Shown here: piece after piece, positions 30,038 through 38,336 of the stretch
Position numbering within the stretch: position 1 is the stretch's first letter
Layout: every line of letters begins with the position of its first letter
Origin: Gemmatimonadales bacterium
Lineage (GTDB): Bacteria > Gemmatimonadota > Gemmatimonadetes > Gemmatimonadales > GWC2-71-9
Length of the DNA stretch: 60,932 nucleotides
Assembly: GCA_046596135.1 (NCBI GenBank)
Contig: JBKJMX010000166.1
Span: 1 to 60,932 of the forward strand
Direction: 5' to 3'
Position numbers and translations under genes: made by a program
Notes under the pieces: model-generated
Told to the model about the DNA's origin: nothing
Databases searched by the model: none
Seen by the model: only the letters and a program-made list of their open reading frames with translations

Positions 30038-30673
30038 TCAATCCCGCGCGAGTTCCGCGCTGATCTCCGATCGCAACCGATCGAGTAATACGCTCGTATC
30101 CCGGTGCCTGCTGGTGCGCCGTGACTCGGCATCGATGATCGCATGCACCGCGCGCACTGCGTCGTCGAGGTCGTCGTTCACCACGACGTAATCATATCCC
30201 GGTGCCGCATCGAGTTCGTCGAGCGCCCGCTCGAGGCGGGCTCGCACCACCGCAGGCGGCTCAGTGCCGCGCCCGCGCAACCGTTCGGCCAGCACGGCAC
30301 CGTTGGGCGGCACCACGAAGATCAGCACCGCATCCGGGAACCGCTCGCGAACGAGCCGCGCCCCGACCACCTCGATGTCGAGCAACACGTGCCGGCCGGA
30401 ACGCGTGACGGCACGCACCTCCTCCACCAGCGATCCGTACGACTGCCCATTGTACGTCGCGTGCTCGAGGAACTCCCCCGCCTCCACCCGTCGGGCAAAC
30501 TCGTCGGCCGACAGGAAATGGTAGGCCTCGCCCGTTGCCTCGTCCGGTCGGGGCGCTCGTGTCGTCGCCGACACCGAGTAGCCCGCGTCGGCCCGCTCCA
30601 CCAGCAGTCGCCGAGTGATCGACGACTTGCCGCCACCGGAAGGCGATGACAGCACCACCACCAGCGGGGTCAC
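30038..30673 (-). CDS. gmk: Guanylate kinase
   Basis: SSPSGGGKS, SVSATTRAPR, YHF, FLEHA, RLRGRGTE and YDYVVVND. Confidence 0.95.
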   Translation of the reverse strand: MTPLVVVLSSPSGGGKSSITRRLLVERADAGYSVSATTRAPRPDEATGEAYHFLSADEFARRVEAGEFLEHATYNGQSYGSLVEEVRAVTRSGRHVLLDIEVVGARLVRERFPDAVLIFVVPPNGAVLAERLRGRGTEPPAVVRARLERALDELDAAPGYDYVVVNDDLDDAVRAVHAIIDAESRRTSRHRDTSVLLDRLRSEISAELARD

Positions 30674-31551
30674 TCGACATTCTCCAGCTGCTCGCGAAAC
30701 TTCTCGAGCTCGCCCTTCATGTCCACGACGTGATGCGCGATCGTCGCGTCGTTGGCCTTCGAGCCGATCGTATTGACCTCGCGCCCGATTTCCTGGGCGA
30801 GAAAGCCGAGCGCCTTGCCGACTGGACCACCGCGCGTCAGTGCATCCCGCGCCGCGGCCACGTGCGCACTCAAGCGAACCAGTTCCTCGGCGATATCGAC
30901 GCGATCAGCCATCATCGCGAGTTCGTGCGCCAACCGTTGGTCGTCGACGGATCGACCGTCAATCAACTGCTCGACGTTGGCCCGCAGTCGATCACGCTCA
31001 CGCACCAGTCGCCCACCCATTTGCTGCTCGACAAGCACGGACCCTGCGCCCACCCCGTCGAGCCGCGCGCCGAGATCGGCGGCCAGCACCGCACCCTCAC
31101 GCAGACGGGCGGCTCGGCACTCCATCGCGGCAGCAGCGACAATCGGCGCCAGCTGCGACCAGGCATCGTCGGGCGCTGCGTCCTCGACGGTACGGCGCAG
31201 CACATCGGGGTGCCGCATCACAATCTCTGCCGTCACATTGCCCGCGAGGCCAAAACGTTTCTGGACCGCGCGAAGCATCTCCACGACCTCGCCGGCCCGC
31301 TCCCAGTCGACCTGGTCGGTGGCGGTTCCCGCTACGGCACCCTCGGTCCAACGGACCGACACCGACAGGTGGCCCCGCTCGAAATCGCGTCGCAACGCCT
31401 CGCGGCACTCCGCCTCAAGCGACCCGAGCTCCCCGGGAAGGCGGATCGAGAGGTTGAAGTACCGGTGGTTCACCGTCCGGATCTCGACCCGGACCCGCCG
31501 GGCGCCGACGTCGCCCTCGGCGGCACCAAATCCGGTCATGCTCAGGACCAC
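30670..31551 (-). CDS. yicC: YicC/YloC family endoribonuclease
   Basis: SMTGFG, EIRTVNHRY, DIAEELVRL..H, FLAQEIGREVNTIGSK and EKFREQLENVE. Confidence 0.92.
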   Translation of the reverse strand: MVLSMTGFGAAEGDVGARRVRVEIRTVNHRYFNLSIRLPGELGSLEAECREALRRDFERGHLSVSVRWTEGAVAGTATDQVDWERAGEVVEMLRAVQKRFGLAGNVTAEIVMRHPDVLRRTVEDAAPDDAWSQLAPIVAAAAMECRAARLREGAVLAADLGARLDGVGAGSVLVEQQMGGRLVRERDRLRANVEQLIDGRSVDDQRLAHELAMMADRVDIAEELVRLSAHVAAARDALTRGGPVGKALGFLAQEIGREVNTIGSKANDATIAHHVVDMKGELEKFREQLENVE

Positions 31552-31636
31552 GACAACTCCGGCCGCTGGGTAGCCCTGAAATATAGCCGGAGTCGGTCAC
31601 CATGGCGCCCACCGATGGGTCCGCCGGCGAACTGGC

Positions 31637-33520
31637 TCAATTCGCGAACTCCCACCGGATCCCGAAGCTGGAGGCCACCGTGGGGAACGGATACCCGGGG
31701 ATGTTGCCAGCGCGATTGGCCTGAAAGTTCACCCGATCGTAGTACGCGATGAATGGGCCGATCTGGAGCTGCAAAATCCCGCGTACGAACGTCCGGCCTG
31801 GCATCGGGATTGGCTCGCCCTCGGCGTCCCGTCCCACCACGCCAGGGCTCCAACTCTCCACCAGCACCTGTGCCTTGAGGTCGAAGATGCCCGACGGAAA
31901 GTTGCGCAGGAACTTCGAGCGGACCGTGGCGCTGGTGAGCGCGTGGTGCGGAGGCGCCCCGTCGGGGCTGCCGAGGCGGATCGGATGTTCGTAGCGGGAC
32001 TCGAGCGTGAGCCAGCTGAGCGCGGCCAGCCGCGCCCGCGCAACCGCCCATTCCACATCATCAACCGCGGCCAGCGATGGCACTCGCAGGAACTGCGAGA
32101 AGGCGCGCGGCTGCCAACCGTCGGTCCGGAGCCAGCTTGCCTCGAATCCCAGGCGGCTGCGCTCGAACGCCGCGGTCACCTGCATGTCCGTGAAACGCTG
32201 CTCAGGATCGTCGAAGATCATCGGCGAGGCCACTCGATGGCCCGACGTCACCGTGCCCGTGACGGCGACCTGCAGCAACGGAACCAAGACACCAAGGCGC
32301 GCGGTGGTCCAGCCACTGCTGCGATCGTTCTCATGCTGCTGCACCACGTGATCGACCGACCCGGTCACCCGCGCATGCGGGCTCCATCCCACCGAGGCCC
32401 GCGCATCGAGCGGCGTCCATTCGGTCTGGTGAAAGGCGCGCAGCGTTGCTGACCACGACGGCTGCCGCCACGCGAGGATCGCCCCGAATATCCCGATATC
32501 GTGCGAGGGCGGCGTGATGACCGAATCGGGAATCGACGCGCCATCACCGGGGACCACCACCGGGTCGTCGGTGCTGTTCCACCGAGCGCGCCCGATGAAT
32601 GCGTCAGCACCCAGGCCGATGCCGTCATTCCGTTCGCGCCACATCCCGCGCACCTGCAGGTCTGAGCGCATGCCGCGGATGGCGGGACTGGCGAGGCTCC
32701 GAGTCGTCTCATCGCCGCTACTGAAGAGACTGTCGCGATCTGCCGCCGTGATCACGCCCTGCACCTGCACGCCGAACCGTGGCGACGGGATCCAGCCAAA
32801 CTGTATCCATCCGTTGGTGATGGTCGCCGCGCCACTGCCGCCCTGCGGTGCATTCACGCCGAAGTACTCGGCGCCCACACTCAACCCGATGCCGCTGGGG
32901 TAGCGACGCTCGAGCGCGGCGAGGTACGTCGCAACGGCTCGATCGCCCGATGACACGCCGATGCGTGTCCGGGCGGCCTGGCGATCGTGGCGGCGGGTGA
33001 AGAGGTGCACAACCAGGCCGACTGGCGACCGTTCGACCTCGACCCGCTCGAGAAGTGACAGTGCGGGCAAGGCGGCATCAACGGTGACGCTGTCGGGCCC
33101 GAGTGGGAGGTATGGCATGCCGTCGAGGAAGTACTCGATGGAGGCGGCGCCACGACCGAGGTAGTTTGGCTGCTCCACCCGACCGAGCCAACCGCCGCGC
33201 CAGAGGAACACACCCGGGACACGGTCGAGCAGGTCGCCCAGGGTGCGTGCGGCTGCCCAGTCGATGGAGTCTCGGGTGAGCACAATGCGTGACGTGGCAG
33301 GCAACAGACCGTCGATGCCGACCAGTGGCATCGGGGTGAGTTGCACGCGCCGCTGTTTCTCGACCTCGAGTAGGCGATCGGTCGATGACATTGGGTCGGG
33401 CGTCGTGCGCAGGGTGTCGGTGCGCGCCGAATCGGTCGGTGGGACCCGATCCTGCGCCGATGCGCCAGCGACGAGGCACAGCAATGCGCCCAGCGCGAAT
33501 GTGGCGCGGGGCAAACGCAT
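31637..33520 (-). CDS. TonB-dependent-receptor plug-domain outer-membrane protein
   Basis: Signal peptide ASA-Q, plug-like RTLGDLLDRVPGV...YFLDG...LERVEVER, beta-strand-rich body and C-terminal GIRWEF; start ATG 33520. Confidence 0.65.
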   Translation of the reverse strand: MRLPRATFALGALLCLVAGASAQDRVPPTDSARTDTLRTTPDPMSSTDRLLEVEKQRRVQLTPMPLVGIDGLLPATSRIVLTRDSIDWAAARTLGDLLDRVPGVFLWRGGWLGRVEQPNYLGRGAASIEYFLDGMPYLPLGPDSVTVDAALPALSLLERVEVERSPVGLVVHLFTRRHDRQAARTRIGVSSGDRAVATYLAALERRYPSGIGLSVGAEYFGVNAPQGGSGAATITNGWIQFGWIPSPRFGVQVQGVITAADRDSLFSSGDETTRSLASPAIRGMRSDLQVRGMWRERNDGIGLGADAFIGRARWNSTDDPVVVPGDGASIPDSVITPPSHDIGIFGAILAWRQPSWSATLRAFHQTEWTPLDARASVGWSPHARVTGSVDHVVQQHENDRSSGWTTARLGVLVPLLQVAVTGTVTSGHRVASPMIFDDPEQRFTDMQVTAAFERSRLGFEASWLRTDGWQPRAFSQFLRVPSLAAVDDVEWAVARARLAALSWLTLESRYEHPIRLGSPDGAPPHHALTSATVRSKFLRNFPSGIFDLKAQVLVESWSPGVVGRDAEGEPIPMPGRTFVRGILQLQIGPFIAYYDRVNFQANRAGNIPGYPFPTVASSFGIRWEFAN

Positions 33521-33522
33521 GA

Positions 33523-34998
33523 TCAGGCGCTGCGTGCGAGCAGGAACTCGGAAAAGAGTCGGACCAGCACACCGGTCGGCCCGCGCACCTGCATCGGCGT
33601 TTCCCGGTCGGTGTACGCCGTGCCTGCGATGTCGAGGTGCGCCCACGGATATCCATCGACGAACTCGCGGAGGAACCATCCCGCCGTGATGCTTCCTGCC
33701 GGCCGTCCACCGGTGTTTTTCACGTCGGCGATGTCAGACTTGATCAGGTCACGATACTCATCCCACAACGGCAGTTCCCACAGTCGCTCACCGGCGGTCT
33801 CGCCGGCATCGATCAGCGCGCGAATCAATGGTGCGTCGGTACCCATGACGGCGGTGGCGGTGTGGCCCAGGCCGATCACGACGGCGCCGGTGAGGGTCGC
33901 GCAGTCGACGACCGCAGCGGGCTTGAGGCGCCGGGCCCATGAGAGCGCGTCGCACAGGATGAGTCGACCCTCGGCGTCGGTGTTCTGCACCTCGATTGTC
34001 TTGCCGAAATGCGAGTTCACGACGTCACCCGGCTTGTAGGCGGTGCTCGACGGCATGTTCTCCGCCGATGGCACCAGTCCCACGACGTGCAGCTTCGGCT
34101 TGAGGTGACCGAGCGTCTCGAAGGTGCCGAGCACGGCGGCGGCTCCGGACATGTCGTACTTCATGTCTTCCATCGACGGCGCCGGCTTGATCGAGATACC
34201 ACCGGTGTCGAACGTGACCCCCTTGCCGACCAGGACCACCGGTGCATCCGAGCTACCCTTGTACTCCAGCACGATGAATCGGGGCTCCAGCGCACTGCCC
34301 TTCCCGACGGCGAGCAGCGCGTGCATTCCCTCGGCTTCGATCGCGGCACGGTCCATCACCGTCACCGTGAATCCATGTTGCGAGGCCAGCTCACGGGCAC
34401 GGTCTCCGAGGTACTCGGGCGTGCAGGTGTTGCCGGGGAGCATCTGGAGGCGGCGCGTGTACGCCTGACCGACGGCGATGCCATTGCCGCGGTCGACACC
34501 GCGGCAGAAGTCGCCGTCGTCAGCCGCGGTGACGATCTCCGCGCTTTCGAACGGGGGCTTGGGGTCCTCGGACGGGCGCTTCAGGTCAGGATAGTGCCAT
34601 GCCCCGTACGGCAATCCTTCGGCGAGCGCCTGGCCTGCCCGATCGGCCGATAGCTTCGTGTTTTCGGCCATCCAGAACACGGAGGCCGACGGCACGCACA
34701 GCGTACGAGCCCGCTTCCCGGCGATCATCGCGGCTCGGCGAACGGCGCCGGCATCCGGCTCCGTATCAAGTCCCACCAGCAGGATCCGCTGTGCCTTCCC
34801 GGCGGGGTAGATCAGCGCCGTCTCGTTCTTCTTGCCGCTGAAATCACTAGCCGCCCAGCACCGCGCCAGCGCCCCGTCGCACGCTGCGTCGAGCGATGCG
34901 AGACCGGCGGGCATGGATCCTTTTGGCACGGGGATGATGAGCAGAGGAGTTTCGATCTCGACGAGTGGCATCGAGCGGCAAACGACGGAGAGCCCCAT
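33523..34998 (-). CDS. pepA: Leucyl aminopeptidase (M17)
   Basis: GKGVTFDTGG, MKYDMSGAA, NTDAEGRL, ATLTGA and WAHLDIAG. Confidence 0.95.
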   Translation of the reverse strand: MGLSVVCRSMPLVEIETPLLIIPVPKGSMPAGLASLDAACDGALARCWAASDFSGKKNETALIYPAGKAQRILLVGLDTEPDAGAVRRAAMIAGKRARTLCVPSASVFWMAENTKLSADRAGQALAEGLPYGAWHYPDLKRPSEDPKPPFESAEIVTAADDGDFCRGVDRGNGIAVGQAYTRRLQMLPGNTCTPEYLGDRARELASQHGFTVTVMDRAAIEAEGMHALLAVGKGSALEPRFIVLEYKGSSDAPVVLVGKGVTFDTGGISIKPAPSMEDMKYDMSGAAAVLGTFETLGHLKPKLHVVGLVPSAENMPSSTAYKPGDVVNSHFGKTIEVQNTDAEGRLILCDALSWARRLKPAAVVDCATLTGAVVIGLGHTATAVMGTDAPLIRALIDAGETAGERLWELPLWDEYRDLIKSDIADVKNTGGRPAGSITAGWFLREFVDGYPWAHLDIAGTAYTDRETPMQVRGPTGVLVRLFSEFLLARSA

Positions 34999-35066
34999 GA
35001 CGGTCCCGGTGGAAGGAGAGAGGTTCAAGCCTTGTGGTGGTCGCGCCGTCGCGACCGCGCCAGCAA

Positions 35067-35150
35067 TGCCGAGGGCGGGATTCGAACCCGCAAGCCGTTG
35101 CCGGCAAACGATTTTGAGTCGTTCGCGTCTACCAGTTTCGCCACCCCGGC
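35067..35150 (-). tRNA. tRNA-Leu, anticodon CAA
   Basis: GCCGGGGTGGCGAAACTGGTAGACGCGAACGACT-CAA-AATCGTTTGCCGGCAACGGCTTGCGGGTTCGAATCCCGCCCTCGGCA: acceptor stem, D-loop GG, long variable arm and T-loop TTCGAAT; CCA not encoded. Confidence 0.96.
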
Positions 35151-35169
35151 GGGTGTTCTGTCGCGCGGA

Positions 35170-35198
35170 AGAATGGGCTCCCGGAGCCCCTCCGGCAA
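35170..35198 (-). promoter_or_regulatory. Putative sigma70 promoter for tRNA-Leu
   Basis: TTGCCG-17nt-CATTCT followed by a GC-rich discriminator, ~20 nt upstream of the tRNA. Confidence 0.55.
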
Positions 35199-35275
35199 GC
35201 GCAAGCAGGGCACGAGCCGTTCAGGCCCGCGCCCCGCACGGTATTTGGAGCCGCTGCGGATCTCGAACCGACCAC

Positions 35276-35773
35276 TCAGGGCACCCGCGGGCGCCCCGCT
35301 GCCGGCTCGGGTTTATTGAGCATCGTGCGGACCTGGTTCAGCATGCGGTCGCGAAGCAGGAGGAACTGACCCCGCTGCACCGGCGAGAGGATATCGTTCA
35401 GTTCCCGCATCTCACCGCGGAAGGTCTCCGCGTGCGCAACCCGATTGGCGGTGATCGCGTCGACCAGTCGGGCCACGCTGTCGGCGTTGGCCGCGATGCC
35501 GGGGCGTAATTGCGACATGAGTGCTTGCCGCGCCATGCGGTCAGCTTCGTCGAGGTCGGCGCGCCGGGTTCCCGACGCTTCCAGCACGCGTCCGAGGCGT
35601 TGCGCCTGGTCATCGTTCAGCGCCATTTCCTGCCGGGCGCGGCGGAGGAAGGCCTCCTCGACACGCGCCCTCAACATCGGCGCTCGCTGGTTCATGCGCG
35701 ACTGCTGCTGGGCCTGAGCCGGCAGCGCACCGACCGCGAGCAGGATCACGGCACAGATTGTTGTCCGCATCAT
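35276..35773 (-). CDS. Periplasmic Spy/CpxP-like (LTXXQ) helical protein
   Basis: Signal peptide AQA-Q and two LTxxQ-like motifs (MALNDDQ; ILSPVQR). Confidence 0.65.
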   Translation of the reverse strand: MMRTTICAVILLAVGALPAQAQQQSRMNQRAPMLRARVEEAFLRRARQEMALNDDQAQRLGRVLEASGTRRADLDEADRMARQALMSQLRPGIAANADSVARLVDAITANRVAHAETFRGEMRELNDILSPVQRGQFLLLRDRMLNQVRTMLNKPEPAAGRPRVP

Positions 35774-36297
35774 TCGCCCTCCACCGAAAGAATCAACTCC
35801 TCGAGTTGGTCGTCGTTCAGGTCGCCAAGTCGAGGAAGTGCCGCACCGCCATGGAGCGCCGAATCCGGATCCGCCACCGCGGCAAGGATCACCTCGAGCT
35901 GCGGCACGCTGAGCGCCTCGAGCTCCGGGAAGATCCCCGCCGCCGTCTCGACGGCACCGGCAGAATCGGGGCCCATCGTGGTCGCCGGATACGAGGATGT
36001 GAGTCCGATACCGATCAAGGCGGCGGCGGCCAGACCCACGGCGATTCGCGCCCAACGACTACGGGGCGCAGCCGCCGGGGCGCTGACCAGCCGCTGGCGC
36101 ACCGCTGCGGCGACCCGCGACCCATCGATCACCGGCGTGCGACCAAACCCTGCCGCCGCGCTGATGACCGCCCAGCTCGCACGGCAATCGTCGCAGTGCG
36201 CCAGGTGAGCGGTGTCGTGGTCATTCCACGCGGCGCGGTGTCCGGCCACATCAACCATCGCATCGCGCATCCGTTCGCATTCGTTCACTGGATCCAC
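35770..36297 (-). CDS. Zinc-finger (ZAS) membrane anti-sigma factor
   Basis: HxxxCxxC (HLAHCDDC), one TM helix and short periplasmic tail; overlaps the sigma gene. Confidence 0.75.
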   Translation of the reverse strand: MDPVNECERMRDAMVDVAGHRAAWNDHDTAHLAHCDDCRASWAVISAAAGFGRTPVIDGSRVAAAVRQRLVSAPAAAPRSRWARIAVGLAAAALIGIGLTSSYPATTMGPDSAGAVETAAGIFPELEALSVPQLEVILAAVADPDSALHGGAALPRLGDLNDDQLEELILSVEGE

Positions 36298-36830
36298 TCC
36301 TTGAGCTGCCGTACGGCGTGGTGATAGTGGACGCGGGCCGCACCGGGCGTCGTGCCCGCGGCCCGGGCCGTCTCGATGTAGTCCATGCCCTGCTGGGCCC
36401 GAAGCAGGAAGACGGCCCGCTGCATCGGCGGCAAGCGGAGCAACGCCGCCGAAAGCCGGGCCTCGACATCCGACGCAGCGAGTTCCGCCGCCGGGTCGGC
36501 GTGGTGGGCGACGTCATGCCCGTCCAGCGACAGCACGGTCCGGCCCTTCCCCTGACGGAATCGGTCACGAAGCACATTGGCGCCGATCCGGAAGAGCCAC
36601 CCGCGGAAACTGCCGTCGCCACTCCAGCTCTCGACCCGACGGAACGCCTTGAAGAACGCGTCCTGGAGGATGTCCTCCACGTCGCTGGTAGCGGCGCCGA
36701 GCGCAACGAGGTAGCGTCCGAGCGCCGGCGCATGCCGCTGCACCAGTTCCGAGGCCGCCAGCTCGTCACCCCGTTGCCACGCGGCGACGAGGTCCTCGTC
36801 TGAAGAGAGATCGAAGGCGATGGCGGCCAT
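36285..36830 (-). CDS. ECF sigma factor (sigma70 regions 2 and 4)
   Basis: DEDLV, EDILQDAF, FRGWLFRIGAN, LPPMQRAVFLLR and HTH. Confidence 0.9.
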   Translation of the reverse strand: MAAIAFDLSSDEDLVAAWQRGDELAASELVQRHAPALGRYLVALGAATSDVEDILQDAFFKAFRRVESWSGDGSFRGWLFRIGANVLRDRFRQGKGRTVLSLDGHDVAHHADPAAELAASDVEARLSAALLRLPPMQRAVFLLRAQQGMDYIETARAAGTTPGAARVHYHHAVRQLKEWIQ

Positions 36831-36905
36831 TGCTCCGGTGACGGAAGGCTGATGCCGATGTTAAGGCGCGGGCGGGAATTCGCCGTGCACCCCGAGGAGA
36901 ACTCT

Positions 36906-37601
36906 GTGAACAATGTCGCGCCGCGGCCGCCCCTTGTCATCGCCCACCGCGGTGCGTCAGGCCACGCCGTCGAGAACTCATGGCACGCGATCGGACTGGC
37001 CGTGGACATGGGATGTGACGGGATCGAGGTCGACATACATGCGACGGCGGACGGCGCGTTGGTGGTCCACCACGATCCGCTGCTGCGCGGCGGCCTTGTG
37101 ATCGGGCGTGCAATGCGGACCCAGGTACTCGACAGCGCGCTCGCCGACGATTCAACCCCGCCGTTACTCGACCAGGTCGTGGCCCGGTACGGCGCCGCCA
37201 CCCAGATTTTCATCGAGGCGAAGTCGCTGCCACCCAGTGCCGACGCGTCGTTGCTCGCGATGATCGATGCCTCGCCGGTACCGGGCAACCTGCACGTGCA
37301 CGCCTTCGACCATCGGATCATTGCGCGACTCGCCGCACTCCGGCCTGACCTGTCGCTCGGCGTGCTGTCGGCGTCGTATCCGATCGACCCCGTCGCCGCG
37401 ATGCGCGAGACCGGCGCCAGGACACTCTGGCAGGAGCACCACCTCATCGATGCGACACTGATCGAGTCGGTGGACACGGTGGGCGGCCGGGTGATCGCCT
37501 GGACAATCAACACGCGCCGCGATGCGGAACGGCTCACGGCGCTCGGCGTCGCGGGACTCTGCGGCAACTGGCCGGAACGCCTGCGCGCTTCCGACGGTTG
37601 A
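36906..37601 (+). CDS. Glycerophosphodiester phosphodiesterase
   Basis: IAHRGASG, ENS, IEVDIH..ADG..VVHHD, IEAK and AWTIN; GAGGAG before GTG 36906. Confidence 0.88.
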   Translation: MNNVAPRPPLVIAHRGASGHAVENSWHAIGLAVDMGCDGIEVDIHATADGALVVHHDPLLRGGLVIGRAMRTQVLDSALADDSTPPLLDQVVARYGAATQIFIEAKSLPPSADASLLAMIDASPVPGNLHVHAFDHRIIARLAALRPDLSLGVLSASYPIDPVAAMRETGARTLWQEHHLIDATLIESVDTVGGRVIAWTINTRRDAERLTALGVAGLCGNWPERLRASDG

Positions 37602-37608
37602 CGGATGC

Positions 37609-37638
37609 ACAAAGGGGGCACCGCTTGGCGGCGCCCCC
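37609..37638 (-). terminator. Rho-independent terminator after rpmA
   Basis: Minus strand GGGGGCGCCGC-CAA-GCGGTGCCCCC followed by TTTGT, between convergent genes. Confidence 0.65.
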
Positions 37639-37664
37639 TGATCGTGTTGCGATGCCGTACGGAC

Positions 37665-37934
37665 TCAGGCCGTCGCAGCGTCCTGCGGATACACCGAGAT
37701 GCGCAGGCGATCGCGATCCTTGCGCTCGAACTTCACCACGCCATCGATGTAGGTGTGCAGCGAGTCATCCTTGGCGCGGAAGACATTGCGGCCCGGATGG
37801 AACTTGGTGCCCCGCTGCTTCACGAGGATGCTGCCCGCCGTGACCCGCTCGCCACCGAAGTGCTTGACGCCGAGGTACTGCGGATTGGAATCGCGACCAT
37901 TGCGGCTGGAGCCGACGCCCTTTTTATGTGCCAT
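37665..37934 (-). CDS. rpmA: 50S ribosomal protein bL27
   Basis: [31 protein letters not shown]. Confidence 0.98.
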   Translation of the reverse strand: MAHKKGVGSSRNGRDSNPQYLGVKHFGGERVTAGSILVKQRGTKFHPGRNVFRAKDDSLHTYIDGVVKFERKDRDRLRISVYPQDAATA

Positions 37935-37942
37935 GACTCACC

Positions 37943-38260
37943 CTATCCGAGGACAACGTCGGTGATGCGGACTTCGGTGTACTTCTGCCGATGCCCGGTC
38001 TTGCGCCGATAACCCTTCCGGCGCTTGAACTTGAACACGTAGATCTTGTCTTCCTTGCCGTGACCCACGACCTCTGCCACCACTGAGGCGCCAGAAACCA
38101 TCGGCGCACCGGTTTTGATGGAATCACCGCTGGACGTGAGCAGGACCTCGTCGAAGGTCAACTTGTCGCCGGTGACGGCCTTTTCCTGATATGGCAGGCG
38201 AATCGATCCACCCTTGACGGCGCGGAACTGCTTCCCCAGTGCCTTGAAAATCGCGTACAT
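37943..38260 (-). CDS. rplU: 50S ribosomal protein bL21
   Basis: MYAI....[22 protein letters not shown]. Confidence 0.97.
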   Translation of the reverse strand: MYAIFKALGKQFRAVKGGSIRLPYQEKAVTGDKLTFDEVLLTSSGDSIKTGAPMVSGASVVAEVVGHGKEDKIYVFKFKRRKGYRRKTGHRQKYTEVRITDVVLG

Positions 38261-38299
38261 AGTGCCCTTCTGGTCGTGGTCCGTGGACTACAGCCACCA

Positions 38300-38328
38300 A
38301 GAATAGTGCCGGGGCGGCCGGGAAACAA
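38300..38328 (-). promoter_or_regulatory. Putative sigma70 promoter for rplU-rpmA
   Basis: TTGTTT-17nt-TATTCT, 40 nt upstream of rplU. Confidence 0.55.
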
Positions 38329-38336
38329 GGGCCAAC

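Noticed and set aside
35000-35150. Genomic island integrated at tRNA-Leu
   Set aside because: No integrase and no duplicated tRNA 3' end seen. Housekeeping pepA follows directly.
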